Shown one piece after another: positions 9,690 through 19,400 of a DNA stretch of 64,000 bases. Under the pieces are notes generated by a model. It made no database searches and was not told where the DNA came from. It saw only the letters and a list, made by a program, of their open reading frames with translations. Source of the DNA: a virus; the IMG/VR virus record IMGVR_UViG_3300027733_000034, positions 67,533 through 131,532 of that record, one strand, 5' to 3'. Made by a program: the position numbers and the translations under genes. Every line of letters begins with the position of its first letter. Positions within the stretch are counted from its first letter, which is position 1.

Positions 9690-12600
9690 TTAATAGTTCA
9701 ACAAATTTAATCCCTTGTATAATTCATAGGTTAATAGAGTCTCGTATATTCCCTCATTACCCTGCCATTCTTCCTTGGAAGAAGTGTTGTAATTAATGGT
9801 GGTAAATGGATTTTCCCAATCTATTATTCCCTCAAGAGTTTTTCCTTCACTTAAGGTAATATATTTGTAAAATTCATAATATTCAGTCCAATTTTGCGGC
9901 AAATTAAGATATGATGCTAACATATTGGTTGAATAAAGTGTAAAATTATTAATATTTCCAGTATAAATGAGTTGGTATTCATCTATACTTTTATTTTTTA
10001 ATATAACAGGTTCACCGGCAGAAATTCCCATAGAAGAGGTGTATATTGGACCTTTGTTGAACGCTTCTATTTGCTGCCCAGGAATACTTTTGAAAAAATA
10101 CTTTCTCGAATCTTTAGCACCTCGAAGTCTACTTTGATTAATGCTAATTAAATTCATTAATCTTTTTATAGACTCAGGATAGGTAAACAAAAAATCATCT
10201 GTGTTTAAATCTACCATTTGAGATAAACTATATAGCTGATCTATATTGCAAGTATCTATGTCTACATTATTACTGGTAAAATTGGCAATTTTTTCATATA
10301 TGTCCGTGCCCAAATCACCGGCTTTATTTCCTAAAATACTAGCAAAAAAATCATCAAATAAAACAGGGCTGTCCTGTAAAATTGGCATAAAGGCTAATTT
10401 TTTCATATAAGAAGCCATATCAAAGTCTTCATTTATCTTGGCTAATCCATAGGCATAAGAATTATCTGCATAAAAATCTAATGGTCTAGATATTCCCGAA
10501 ACGGAAAAATATTTTGTAGATTTTTCTATAGAAGAAAGATACTTTAACCCAAATTTGTTCGTCCATCTAAATCCAGACCAATCTCCATTAGCCTGTAAAG
10601 ATTTATTACCTCTGCCATATGCTAATGCATTTTTATTATTTGCATCTAAATAATGTACAAAACCTTGAGGATTGATGACAAAGCTATCCACAATAGACAC
10701 ACTGTCGTTGTCTAAAAGATATACGCAATTTTCTATAGAATTAATAACATAAATTTTTCCAGCCAAATCTGAACATATGCCCTCTAATACATGGGTTTCT
10801 GCGTTTAAATATGAATTAGCTGTAAACAATTCAACAGTTTGAGTCGAATATAATTCGTTACCGGATATATCATTTGTTACTGTTATCTTGGATACAGATC
10901 GATAATCATGAGTAAACCATAGGTTTTGGTTATTGTCTATAGTTAAATTATTAATGTTTTGATAAGGTCCGAATCGAGAAAGTCCGCCAGGGGCACTAGA
11001 CAATAGGGTTAAAGTAGAATTACGCCTTTCTATATAACCTAAATTGTCGCCTTGATTAAACGGTAAAGATATCCAAACATTTCGATTGTTATCACAAACA
11101 ATCTCTGAAGGAGTGGATAAAGCTGGTAAAGATATAGCATATAATATAGAAAAATCATCTGCTTTATATTGAACAATAAAACTGCTCAAAGGATTTGAAT
11201 AGCAAATAAAAATATTGTCATTTATATCAATATCTAAAAATGTCGGTTCTATGAATATTTCATCAGTCAAAAAACTGGTTAATGTTGGAAAGTAACTTTC
11301 TGCACACAACCATGGAACAAAACTGCTTAAACTGCTGGAAGAAGAAAAAACAAATGAAGATGGGTTTATGGCTGTTAAGAAATTACCATAACTATCTAGT
11401 TTTATAGATGTCACTGAGTCACTTAACGTTAACCATATATTTTGTTGGCTATCTAAACTCATTGCTATAGGATATGTGGTTGTTCCGGTTATTCCTAAAT
11501 TTGTGGTAACTAAATCATTTATATCTATAGCACTTAATATATCTCCTTTAGAATCTATTCTATATAAATAACTAAGTTCAGAGTCTAACATCCAAGCTTG
11601 GTAGTATGGATATGGTAACGCAGCAATGCTGTATATTCCATGAAAACCACTCAGTCCATTAGTTACCACTGGCATTTCAAAGGATTGTTGAACAATCGGA
11701 GGTACTATCAAGGATGATAATAAATTGACTCTACTGTATTGAGCGACAGTTACAGAGCCGTTTTCTGGGTTAGAAAGCCATAATAGAGGATTAAAAAAGT
11801 TTGCAGTCAATGGTGGCATTGCTGCGGATAAATGAGCTGTAATGCAAACACCTAAAGTATTAACGTTTTCTGCATCAAATTGTCCTTTATAATATCCAGG
11901 AGTTTTATAGTTAGAGTAATCTGTCCAGTTAAAATACGGTTCTGGGTCAAATGTAGCACTCAAACCAATCAGACCCACTTCTATAGGAAAATTGTCTTCG
12001 TTTTTTAATGGAAAACTATGAACAAAATAAGAAGAATCTGAAGGAAATTTAAAATTATTTTCTGATAACCACGGATCGTCTAAAGTTATCGGAGAATATG
12101 TAGCATTGACTATGATAGGTACCTTGGATGTAGACCAACGAGGATTTGCATGTTCTCTGATTCCGTTTTCGGTTATTTTTAAAATATCTGGAGTTTTCCA
12201 AGTCTGAACATACGGGCAAACCGCAACAGCTTTGCTATTAGCATAGCTAGGTAAAAAATTTAAAGATTCTGTTTGTAGTGTATAATCTTTAGAATTGTCT
12301 GTTAACAATGTAGCCAGTATGGTTGTATAATCTGAAGAAGAAGATGCAACATCCATATTATACAAATCATCTGAGAAATAAAACTCAGCATATCCACTGA
12401 CTCCAGCGACATAAGATCCGGTAGGATTTAATTTACCCGCAGAATTAGAGTGTAATATGGTATCTATAGTTTTTATAGTTTGGATTTGATTACCATTTAA
12501 ATCATAAAAACGAGTCTCGGGTCTGAGAAAATTCCATTTAGTACCAGAACCTGGATTACTAGAGCGAGAAAATAAAGTTGATAATTGTATAAAATGATCT

Positions 12601-12965
12601 TTAGTGTCGGGAGAAGTAATAACCAATTTAAACGGATAAGCATTTAAAAATCCTGCGTGAGTGGGCGGCGGTACTCTTTCAAAATATATAGATTCATTTA
12701 GAGAGAGGGTAATCGTAATAGTTTGAATACTTTGAGATTCTACAGCATCACCACTAGGACCATATGCTACTAATTTAACCTGAAAAGAGCCAGCAGAAGA
12801 ATATGTATGGGTTGGATATAATAAAGAACTGGAAGATCCGTCTCCAAAATACCAAGTAACCTTTGTATCTTTGGTAATCGGATATATGGTAGGAAAAAAA
12901 GAAATTGGAGTTATTCCTACATACCCGGTAGAAGAACTTACAGAAAAATTTACGAAAGATATCAT
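9690..12965 (-). CDS. Baseplate-associated protein: N-terminal PKD domain, central beta-propeller
   Basis: TWYFGDGSSS...PTHTYSSAGSFQVKL (PKD); repeated D..NN.W/F blades (LDSQQNIWL, CDNNRNVWI, IDNNQNLWF); directly follows gp6. Confidence 0.7.
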   Translation of the reverse strand: MISFVNFSVSSSTGYVGITPISFFPTIYPITKDTKVTWYFGDGSSSSLLYPTHTYSSAGSFQVKLVAYGPSGDAVESQSIQTITITLSLNESIYFERVPPPTHAGFLNAYPFKLVITSPDTKDHFIQLSTLFSRSSNPGSGTKWNFLRPETRFYDLNGNQIQTIKTIDTILHSNSAGKLNPTGSYVAGVSGYAEFYFSDDLYNMDVASSSSDYTTILATLLTDNSKDYTLQTESLNFLPSYANSKAVAVCPYVQTWKTPDILKITENGIREHANPRWSTSKVPIIVNATYSPITLDDPWLSENNFKFPSDSSYFVHSFPLKNEDNFPIEVGLIGLSATFDPEPYFNWTDYSNYKTPGYYKGQFDAENVNTLGVCITAHLSAAMPPLTANFFNPLLWLSNPENGSVTVAQYSRVNLLSSLIVPPIVQQSFEMPVVTNGLSGFHGIYSIAALPYPYYQAWMLDSELSYLYRIDSKGDILSAIDINDLVTTNLGITGTTTYPIAMSLDSQQNIWLTLSDSVTSIKLDSYGNFLTAINPSSFVFSSSSSLSSFVPWLCAESYFPTLTSFLTDEIFIEPTFLDIDINDNIFICYSNPLSSFIVQYKADDFSILYAISLPALSTPSEIVCDNNRNVWISLPFNQGDNLGYIERRNSTLTLLSSAPGGLSRFGPYQNINNLTIDNNQNLWFTHDYRSVSKITVTNDISGNELYSTQTVELFTANSYLNAETHVLEGICSDLAGKIYVINSIENCVYLLDNDSVSIVDSFVINPQGFVHYLDANNKNALAYGRGNKSLQANGDWSGFRWTNKFGLKYLSSIEKSTKYFSVSGISRPLDFYADNSYAYGLAKINEDFDMASYMKKLAFMPILQDSPVLFDDFFASILGNKAGDLGTDIYEKIANFTSNNVDIDTCNIDQLYSLSQMVDLNTDDFLFTYPESIKRLMNLISINQSRLRGAKDSRKYFFKSIPGQQIEAFNKGPIYTSSMGISAGEPVILKNKSIDEYQLIYTGNINNFTLYSTNMLASYLNLPQNWTEYYEFYKYITLSEGKTLEGIIDWENPFTTINYNTSSKEEWQGNEGIYETLLTYELYKGLNLLNY

Positions 12966-12967
12966 AA

Positions 12968-14737
12968 TTAAAAGTCTGCTATTTTTACAGAATAAGAAAG
13001 ATCCACTACTTCAATGCGATCGGCTAAATAAGCAACATTATTGAGCAATGGATATTTAAAATCATCTAAATATATTGTTTGAGTATAAACATTTATATCA
13101 TTTGTAGGATATTTGGAATTCCATACTAAAAATGATAATTGTCTGGAAACTGTGTCGGTATCTTTACGATAACTATCTATATAGTCTACTCCATCTATTC
13201 CAATAATATACGTAGTCAATTGATGAGTATTAATATCATATCCGAGAACTGCTGCGGCAAAATAGTTTTTAATTAAATTAACCACATCAAATTTAATAGA
13301 AGCACTAGACCTACGTGTATTTGGATTTTTGTGTATTCTTAAAGTTGTCTGAAGAATATCTGTAGTAGTAACTGGTTTGTATAAATCTTTTAAATAAAAA
13401 TCAAACAACATATATTCAGGATCCGTAGGAACAATTTGGATTCCAAGACCTTTGTATCTATTAACTTCTTTTAAAATTATTTCTTTTTGAGCAGATAATA
13501 AATATTTTTGAGAATTTTTTGGAATACTGTATATGTAAACATTGTTAAAATTGCACGAATTGGCAAATTTAACTTGATTCAACAAAATTTGGGTTTCTAA
13601 TTGAGGTTTGCTTAAACCTATAGAATATAAATATTTTAAATGAGTATTTAAATAGGTGTCATTATCAATAGCTTTTGAATCTTTAATAATATTAGAAAAA
13701 TTATTATTAACAAAATAATTGTAATCATCTGTTGTTATTAATCTTTGTTGACTTCTAAAAGATTTTGGGGCCTTTTTTCTTATAGATTCAACTGATTCTT
13801 CATCACTATATTGAGAGGAAGGAAATAAATTGTCTAAAGACAGGAAATTAAGTTTATCAAAAGTAAAATAGGTGCCAAAAATAGATTTAGTTTGATTAAA
13901 AATTGTACTAAATTGTCTAGAGTTGAATGGAACAAAAGTATTATTTCTTAAAGCATGTGGTCCAATGGTGTTACTACCTGGGTTTATTTTTAAAAAATAA
14001 ATAGCCACTTGATCTCCAGCATCTAATTTTTGACCGTTAATATCATCACCAAATAAAATTTCATACCTTTTATTAGCATTATATCTTACTTCATACACTT
14101 TAGCAGTGGCAGAATATTGAGTTAAATTTTCCACTCTGGTCCATTTTTTCCAAGTTTGAGTGTCTTTTAATACATAAACATCTATGGTAAGGTGATCAAT
14201 AAAAACATCATCTCCCGTTGCTATATACACCACTTCATTTTCAATTCCCAAAGCAGAATGGATATCATATTCTTGTATAGAACCTTCTCTCAGCATATAA
14301 GTGTGATTTACGTCTGCAATGGTTTCTGTTCCAGCTGTTTGTTTTGTAAAACCTATATCTTGAGTCAAGGTAAAAATAGTACCACCAACTGATGTGTAAC
14401 TATAGCGGGGTATTATATAAGAATTTGCAGAGAGATCACTAGAAGCGGTGATAGTAAAGGGAACTGATTGAGAAGTTTTGCCTATCGGATTGTAGTTTAA
14501 AATTTTAACAATTCGATTCATGTTTTCATATATTTGAGCTTCGGAAAACATACTCTCAGAAGAGGTTTTGCTGTTGTAAAATTGTAAACTACCAAAAGCC
14601 ATACTGATAATATCAATTATGGCAGAAATATTAGATCCTTGAAAATTTTGATCAGTAAAAACTTGACTATTGTTGAGTTTATCAACAATTTTATTGCGCA
14701 ATTCTAATGCATCAAAAGCTAAAAATTGATTATCCAT
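12968..14737 (-). CDS. Baseplate wedge subunit (T4 gp6-like)
   Basis: FTDQNFQGSNISAIID, YEILFGDDINGQK, ESVESIRKKAP..F.SQQR.IT..DY motifs; next to gp25. Confidence 0.88.
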   Translation of the reverse strand: MDNQFLAFDALELRNKIVDKLNNSQVFTDQNFQGSNISAIIDIISMAFGSLQFYNSKTSSESMFSEAQIYENMNRIVKILNYNPIGKTSQSVPFTITASSDLSANSYIIPRYSYTSVGGTIFTLTQDIGFTKQTAGTETIADVNHTYMLREGSIQEYDIHSALGIENEVVYIATGDDVFIDHLTIDVYVLKDTQTWKKWTRVENLTQYSATAKVYEVRYNANKRYEILFGDDINGQKLDAGDQVAIYFLKINPGSNTIGPHALRNNTFVPFNSRQFSTIFNQTKSIFGTYFTFDKLNFLSLDNLFPSSQYSDEESVESIRKKAPKSFRSQQRLITTDDYNYFVNNNFSNIIKDSKAIDNDTYLNTHLKYLYSIGLSKPQLETQILLNQVKFANSCNFNNVYIYSIPKNSQKYLLSAQKEIILKEVNRYKGLGIQIVPTDPEYMLFDFYLKDLYKPVTTTDILQTTLRIHKNPNTRRSSASIKFDVVNLIKNYFAAAVLGYDINTHQLTTYIIGIDGVDYIDSYRKDTDTVSRQLSFLVWNSKYPTNDINVYTQTIYLDDFKYPLLNNVAYLADRIEVVDLSYSVKIADF

Positions 14738-15260
14738 ATACTGTAATATTGTTTACCCCTGAATAGTGTTGTGTATTAAATCTAAACTCTAATTTATCTA
14801 ACAAACCAGATTGTTTGACTCTGTAATTAATAGATATTTCGTAACTATATTCCTCTTTATTGGGTTTAATGTATAATTTAAGCAATTCTATGCGAGGTTC
14901 AAATGTACCTATAGAACGTACTATATCATTGCCTATAATGTTGGCATTAGATTCTGTTACTGCTTCAAATAAAAATCTGTCAAGAGATCCGAAAAAATTG
15001 GGTGATAAAACTTTCCAACCTTGCTTACAGGAAAAAATGTTGTAAATAGAATTTGAAATAGCTTTTTTATCATGGTCTACTTCAAAATCTGCAGAAAAAA
15101 CTGGATTTAAACCGTTTCCTATGTTCTGGGATATTTTTAAATCTAGGTGCAAATCTGTATAAGTATAACTAGAGGCAGATTTGTTGTATTGGTCTGTGGG
15201 AGCAGAACCACTATTAGTAATCTTGGGTTTAACTATATTATCTAAATAAATAGCGGCCAT
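14730..15260 (-). CDS. Baseplate wedge/sheath initiator (gp25-like)
   Basis: YTDLHLDL, AISNSIYNIF...GWK..P.F..L..LFE, FEPRIEL (GPW/gp25 pattern). Confidence 0.88.
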   Translation of the reverse strand: MAAIYLDNIVKPKITNSGSAPTDQYNKSASSYTYTDLHLDLKISQNIGNGLNPVFSADFEVDHDKKAISNSIYNIFSCKQGWKVLSPNFFGSLDRFLFEAVTESNANIIGNDIVRSIGTFEPRIELLKLYIKPNKEEYSYEISINYRVKQSGLLDKLEFRFNTQHYSGVNNITVYG

Positions 15261-15296
15261 GGTGATAAATATTTATGCCTAAAATCTCTATAATGT

Positions 15297-15875
15297 ATGA
15301 ATAACAAATTTAACAAATTTCAAAATTTATTTGAAACAGCATTTTCTCACTTTTCCAATGGAGGATTTAGAGAGGGCACTCCTATTGTGTTAAAACCTAG
15401 TTTTTTGAAGTGTGATTATTATAAAAAACATTATAGTGGCCATGAGGCTTTCTCTAATTTTTTGAAAGAACTTATTAATAATGAAGTTATGTTCTTTATT
15501 AAAAGAGTTGTTAGTCGTGGATCCATGCAAAATGTGAAGGATGCTAACGATAACGAAGGAGCTGGTGATGTATATCTTAGCTTGCACACAGACCCTCGCA
15601 CAGTTCAGTGGCCTACTGAATATAATGAGTTTACTATTCCAGGAGATTTTGATTTATTAGACATTAAAGATTATGGAATTAATCTCCCTCCAGTACAAGG
15701 AGTTCCTAATAGGTATGAATTGCCTTTGAATGGAGATATCAAAGTGTTCAAAATGGAAACAAAGGTAGATAATCGTTCTGAAGATGATTTCTTGCCAGTA
15801 AAAAATACAACTTTGGCACACACAAGTAAACCAGGTGCACCAAAGTTGGTTAAAATTACCTCTAAAAAGAAGTAA
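15297..15875 (+). CDS. Hypothetical protein (late; possible internal head protein)
   Basis: 192-aa ORF filling the gap; TAAATA upstream; N-terminal FQNLFE. Confidence 0.6.
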   Translation: MNNKFNKFQNLFETAFSHFSNGGFREGTPIVLKPSFLKCDYYKKHYSGHEAFSNFLKELINNEVMFFIKRVVSRGSMQNVKDANDNEGAGDVYLSLHTDPRTVQWPTEYNEFTIPGDFDLLDIKDYGINLPPVQGVPNRYELPLNGDIKVFKMETKVDNRSEDDFLPVKNTTLAHTSKPGAPKLVKITSKKK

Positions 15876-15876
15876 T

Positions 15877-16809
15877 TTATTTTAAATCATTTTCCAGAGC
15901 AATTATACAACAAAAGAAATTAATTTCTTTGTCTAAAACTGTTGCATCTCTATACATATATTCTCCGAGATTTAACATTAAAGATTTTTTGACATTGTCT
16001 TTAAAATCTGAGCGATAAATGTATTCAAATAATTCTTTCATCAAACTTTGAAAGTCACCATTAAAAGATTTTTCTGCTTCAATAATCTTCTTACGAATTT
16101 CTAAGCTAGAAGTCTTTGCTGTCAAATCTTTAAATATAGAAGACGCAAAATTTGATATTTGATTATCTTCTTTAATGATTAATTGACCAGAGACCGAATA
16201 TTTTTGTAAATCATTAATGATTCGACGAATGTCAGGACTGTTCTTTTCTATAAGACTTAACAATGCTGACTTTTGATCATCTGCTACAGAAACTCCTTCA
16301 CCTCTAAGGATATCTATGCTTCGCTGTACAATACCTTTAAGATTAGGTTGAAGCTTAAATAAGATGCATCTTGAACGAATGGGTTCAATAATCTTGTTGA
16401 TGTAATTTGCTGTAAGGAGAAAGCGTGTGGTGTCTGTAAATTCATCCATTACATTCCGTAGAATACGCAAAGAATCTCCAGTCAATCCGTCTGCTTCGTC
16501 TAGAATCACTACTTTTTTCTTTCCGTCTAAAGATCGAGTTTGAGCAAATGAAATAACTTTGTTACGAATGGTGTCAATACCATTTTCATCACTAGCATTA
16601 ATATAAAGATACTGACACTTTAATACATGTTTGACTAGAATCTTAACTGAGGTGGTTTTACCGATACCAGCACTACCGTGAAACAAAAGATGAGGAGTAT
16701 CTTCATTGATAGACAACAAATGATTTTTAATTTCTTGTTCTAAAACAAGATCTTCAAATTTTTGTGGTCTATATTTTTCACACCATAAATTTTTATAATG
16801 ATTGTTCAT
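15877..16809 (-). CDS. Clamp loader ATPase subunit (T4 gp44/RFC-like)
   Basis: LWCEKYRP, Walker A GSAGIGKTT, INASDENGIDTIR, LDEAD, SRC. Confidence 0.95.
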   Translation of the reverse strand: MNNHYKNLWCEKYRPQKFEDLVLEQEIKNHLLSINEDTPHLLFHGSAGIGKTTSVKILVKHVLKCQYLYINASDENGIDTIRNKVISFAQTRSLDGKKKVVILDEADGLTGDSLRILRNVMDEFTDTTRFLLTANYINKIIEPIRSRCILFKLQPNLKGIVQRSIDILRGEGVSVADDQKSALLSLIEKNSPDIRRIINDLQKYSVSGQLIIKEDNQISNFASSIFKDLTAKTSSLEIRKKIIEAEKSFNGDFQSLMKELFEYIYRSDFKDNVKKSLMLNLGEYMYRDATVLDKEINFFCCIIALENDLK

Positions 16810-16811
16810 AA

Positions 16812-17258
16812 TTATTTTCCTGATTGACCGAAGCCGTTAGCTCCTCGATCGGTTTCTTCTACTTCTTCTGACCACTGCGGTTCAAGAGATATCAACGGAA
16901 AGTAAGCTATTTGAGCTACTCTATCTCCCTTTAACACCTTATGATCTGTATTAGAAAAATTATATAATTTAACTCCCAGATCTCCGCGATAACCATTGTC
17001 AATCACTCCAAGATGAGGTTGTATACCATGTTTAAAGCCCATACCAGATCGCGGAAGAATTAAATACCAAATATTTTCTGGTACTTTTGCTACTTGTATT
17101 CCAGTTGGGACAACTCCATCTCCCTTGGAAGGAATAGTAACATCCTCTACAGCAAATAGATCATAACCTGTATCATTAGAATTATTTCTACGCGGAAGAA
17201 GAGCCTCGGGATGAGTTTTCTTAAAGTGAATTTCAGATAGAAAAGGATAATTAGTCAT
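16812..17258 (-). CDS. dut: dUTPase (trimeric)
   Basis: GYDL, PRSG, GVIDNGYRG, GDRVAQ, RGANGFG; start moved to ATG 17258, just downstream of a sigma70-type promoter. Confidence 0.95.
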   Translation of the reverse strand: MTNYPFLSEIHFKKTHPEALLPRRNNSNDTGYDLFAVEDVTIPSKGDGVVPTGIQVAKVPENIWYLILPRSGMGFKHGIQPHLGVIDNGYRGDLGVKLYNFSNTDHKVLKGDRVAQIAYFPLISLEPQWSEEVEETDRGANGFGQSGK

Positions 17259-17264
17259 ATAAGT

Positions 17265-17293
17265 ATTATAGCTCTGGATTAAAAAATATTCAA
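17265..17293 (-). promoter_or_regulatory. sigma70-type promoter TTGAAT-17-TATAAT for dUTPase/clamp loader
   Basis: Near-consensus -35/-10 with 17-nt spacer; the -10 ends 6 nt before the ATG. Confidence 0.7.
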
Positions 17294-17294
17294 C

Positions 17295-17762
17295 ATGGAA
17301 TGCCGTAACGAAATTGATAGTATTATACAAGACCTTAGAGCAGATAGTATTACGTCTGCTTTATTAATTCCTTCCAATCCTGTAGAAAAGGTGGATGATG
17401 AAAATGTTAATGAGTATGTATATAAAAAAACCTCAGAGGTGATTCAAGCTGGTTTAGAGGCTATTACTAGTCTTAAAAATTCTATTGCTATGGGAGCTGA
17501 TTCTAAAGAAATTGCTGCTATGGCTCAGTTGATAGGAGCCACAACCAAGGCTATTGATTCGATGAATAAAATTAATCTACAACAAAAACAAGCCACTGTA
17601 GATGTAAAACTTAAAGAGATGGATATTGCTGGAAAGAAAGATATTGTTTCCAGACTTCCAGCTTCTAATAATATTCTTATAGCCACTAGAGATGAGGTAA
17701 TTTCTCAAATGATTGGTAGTAAATCTTCAAAAACCAGAGGAGATATGTTGCTAGACAGCTAA
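17295..17762 (+). CDS. Probable terminase small subunit (gp16-like)
   Basis: Helical KEIAAMAQLIGATTKAIDSMNKI and C-terminal NNILIATRDEVISQM resemble the gp16 NN.F.GST.EL pattern; TAAGTA upstream. Confidence 0.55.
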   Translation: MECRNEIDSIIQDLRADSITSALLIPSNPVEKVDDENVNEYVYKKTSEVIQAGLEAITSLKNSIAMGADSKEIAAMAQLIGATTKAIDSMNKINLQQKQATVDVKLKEMDIAGKKDIVSRLPASNNILIATRDEVISQMIGSKSSKTRGDMLLDS

Positions 17763-18236
17763 AGATTTCTTATCTTCTGGTAACTTAATACCTCTTTCTT
17801 GTCCTACTTCTTTCATCTTGGCTAAATATTGGCTCATAGTAACTGGTCTTTTTCCTTTGTGTTGAAAATTGTTACTTCTATGGATCAAATCATTGTATAC
17901 ATTCCAAAAAACGTCTTCTGGAACATCGTGTAAATCTATATCTTTGTCTTCTGCTGTAAATTCAAGTTTGTGATTATCTAAAAAATCTAAAAAATCTTCA
18001 AATTTTTGAACACTTTCCATTGAAGTATTTTTATAACCTAATTTAGTCATTGAAGTCCAATTGGTTATTCGACCAAAATTTTCCTGAGAAGGATTATTAA
18101 ATAAACATTTTTTAACATGTTCTATTTTTTGGTCCACATCTTTAATATCTTTAGCTTCTACTCTAGCTATTTGCCAAAGAGTATTAAACTTATTAATTTT
18201 ATTATTTGCTTCAGTATAAAAATTTAAAAAATTCAT
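17751..18236 (-). CDS. Hypothetical protein, possible internal head protein
   Basis: N-terminus MNFLNFYTEA resembles the T4 capsid-targeting sequence; TAAGTA 7 nt upstream. Confidence 0.6.
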   Translation of the reverse strand: MNFLNFYTEANNKINKFNTLWQIARVEAKDIKDVDQKIEHVKKCLFNNPSQENFGRITNWTSMTKLGYKNTSMESVQKFEDFLDFLDNHKLEFTAEDKDIDLHDVPEDVFWNVYNDLIHRSNNFQHKGKRPVTMSQYLAKMKEVGQERGIKLPEDKKSLAV

Positions 18237-18249
18237 ATAAGATTACTTA

Positions 18250-18777
18250 TTAAACAAAGAAGTAAGGCACATCTCTTTTAGTCCAAGAAGCTTTTACCAT
18301 TTTTTTTCCAAATTTAAACTCTCTCTTGGCTTTGTTGTAATAATTCTGATAACCCAGGACTGGATTACCTGGTACAATACATTCCGGAAATGAAACTGCA
18401 AAACATTGTGGATGCTCTGTAAGGCTAGAAGAAGACAGCTCCGGGGGATTATTTTTACTCCATTCTATAAACTCCCAGGTAAAATGTGGTTTGCCAAATC
18501 GATATAATCTTTCTTGATATAAACCACTCAAATGGTCTAAGGTCCAAGTAAAATTATTCATATTTTGCCTCACCCATTTGGTCATTGGATGATTATAATG
18601 TCCATGTTTACGTGGTTGGCCTTTTTGAGTGCGAGGACAATCTGCTTCTGCTAATCGTTCTAGAGAATATGCAGCTGCTAACAACTGAGAACCTTCTATA
18701 ATAATCTTGTTAATATGAAGATCTTGATAATATTGAGCTGCTTTTTGTGGATCTAGATCAAGAATGAATAAGTTCAT
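18250..18777 (-). CDS. Pyrimidine-dimer DNA glycosylase/DenV-family protein
   Basis: MNLFILD.DP..AA....D.H..K...E..QLL, HYNHPMTKWVR, PV.GYQNYY, WTKRDVP. Confidence 0.75.
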   Translation of the reverse strand: MNLFILDLDPQKAAQYYQDLHINKIIIEGSQLLAAAYSLERLAEADCPRTQKGQPRKHGHYNHPMTKWVRQNMNNFTWTLDHLSGLYQERLYRFGKPHFTWEFIEWSKNNPPELSSSSLTEHPQCFAVSFPECIVPGNPVLGYQNYYNKAKREFKFGKKMVKASWTKRDVPYFFV

Positions 18778-19309
18778 GAAGGTATTTTAGTACAATATTC
18801 TTTCTTTCGTCACGACTTCCTTTAACTATTGTTACATTTTTATATTTTAACAATTCCTCTGACATATAATGATCTATTTCTCTCTGATATTCTGTATCAA
18901 CCTTACGGATTCCGTCATTTTCCATCTCAAATTCAATAGGAACATAGAAGATCTGTGTATATAAAGGAACGAAGAACTCCATCATGCAACTTACAGAATG
19001 CCAACATTCTGAATCAACCTGATTTTTAAGTCTTGCTGCAATCATATAAGCCCATCCATCTACCACACATCGGTCCGCAAACCAATTTTCTTCTGCAAAT
19101 CGACTAACATGACTGGCTTGTACTACATATTGTACAAAATTTCCGCCTTTGTCATTTAATTCTTCGCCCAATTTGAATAATTTACGAGCATTACTAGTAT
19201 TAAAAATAGGTTTAAGACCGTAAACATCTAAAAGATCATCAGCTATATCTTTTAAAACAGTGGTTTTACCGGTTCCGTGAGCTCCACAAAAAGCAAATCT
19301 TAAATTCAT
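18758..19309 (-). CDS. P-loop nucleotide kinase (AAA_28/NadR-Ttd14-like)
   Basis: GAHGTGKTT, ADRCVVDGWAY, IFYVPIEF..E.DGIR. Confidence 0.8.
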   Translation of the reverse strand: MNLRFAFCGAHGTGKTTVLKDIADDLLDVYGLKPIFNTSNARKLFKLGEELNDKGGNFVQYVVQASHVSRFAEENWFADRCVVDGWAYMIAARLKNQVDSECWHSVSCMMEFFVPLYTQIFYVPIEFEMENDGIRKVDTEYQREIDHYMSEELLKYKNVTIVKGSRDERKNIVLKYLHELIHS

Positions 19310-19346
19310 ATGTCTATAATAAGACAAAAATATGGGAAATCAAAGC

Positions 19347-19383
19347 AAAAAAAACACTCCCACCTTTTGAGTGGGAGTGTTTT
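19347..19383 (-). terminator. Rho-independent terminator after the major capsid gene
   Basis: Perfect 13-bp inverted repeat AAAACACTCCCAC-7 nt-GTGGGAGTGTTTT running into a U-tract on the minus strand. Confidence 0.85.
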
Positions 19384-19400
19384 AAGAACTATCCTAAGGC

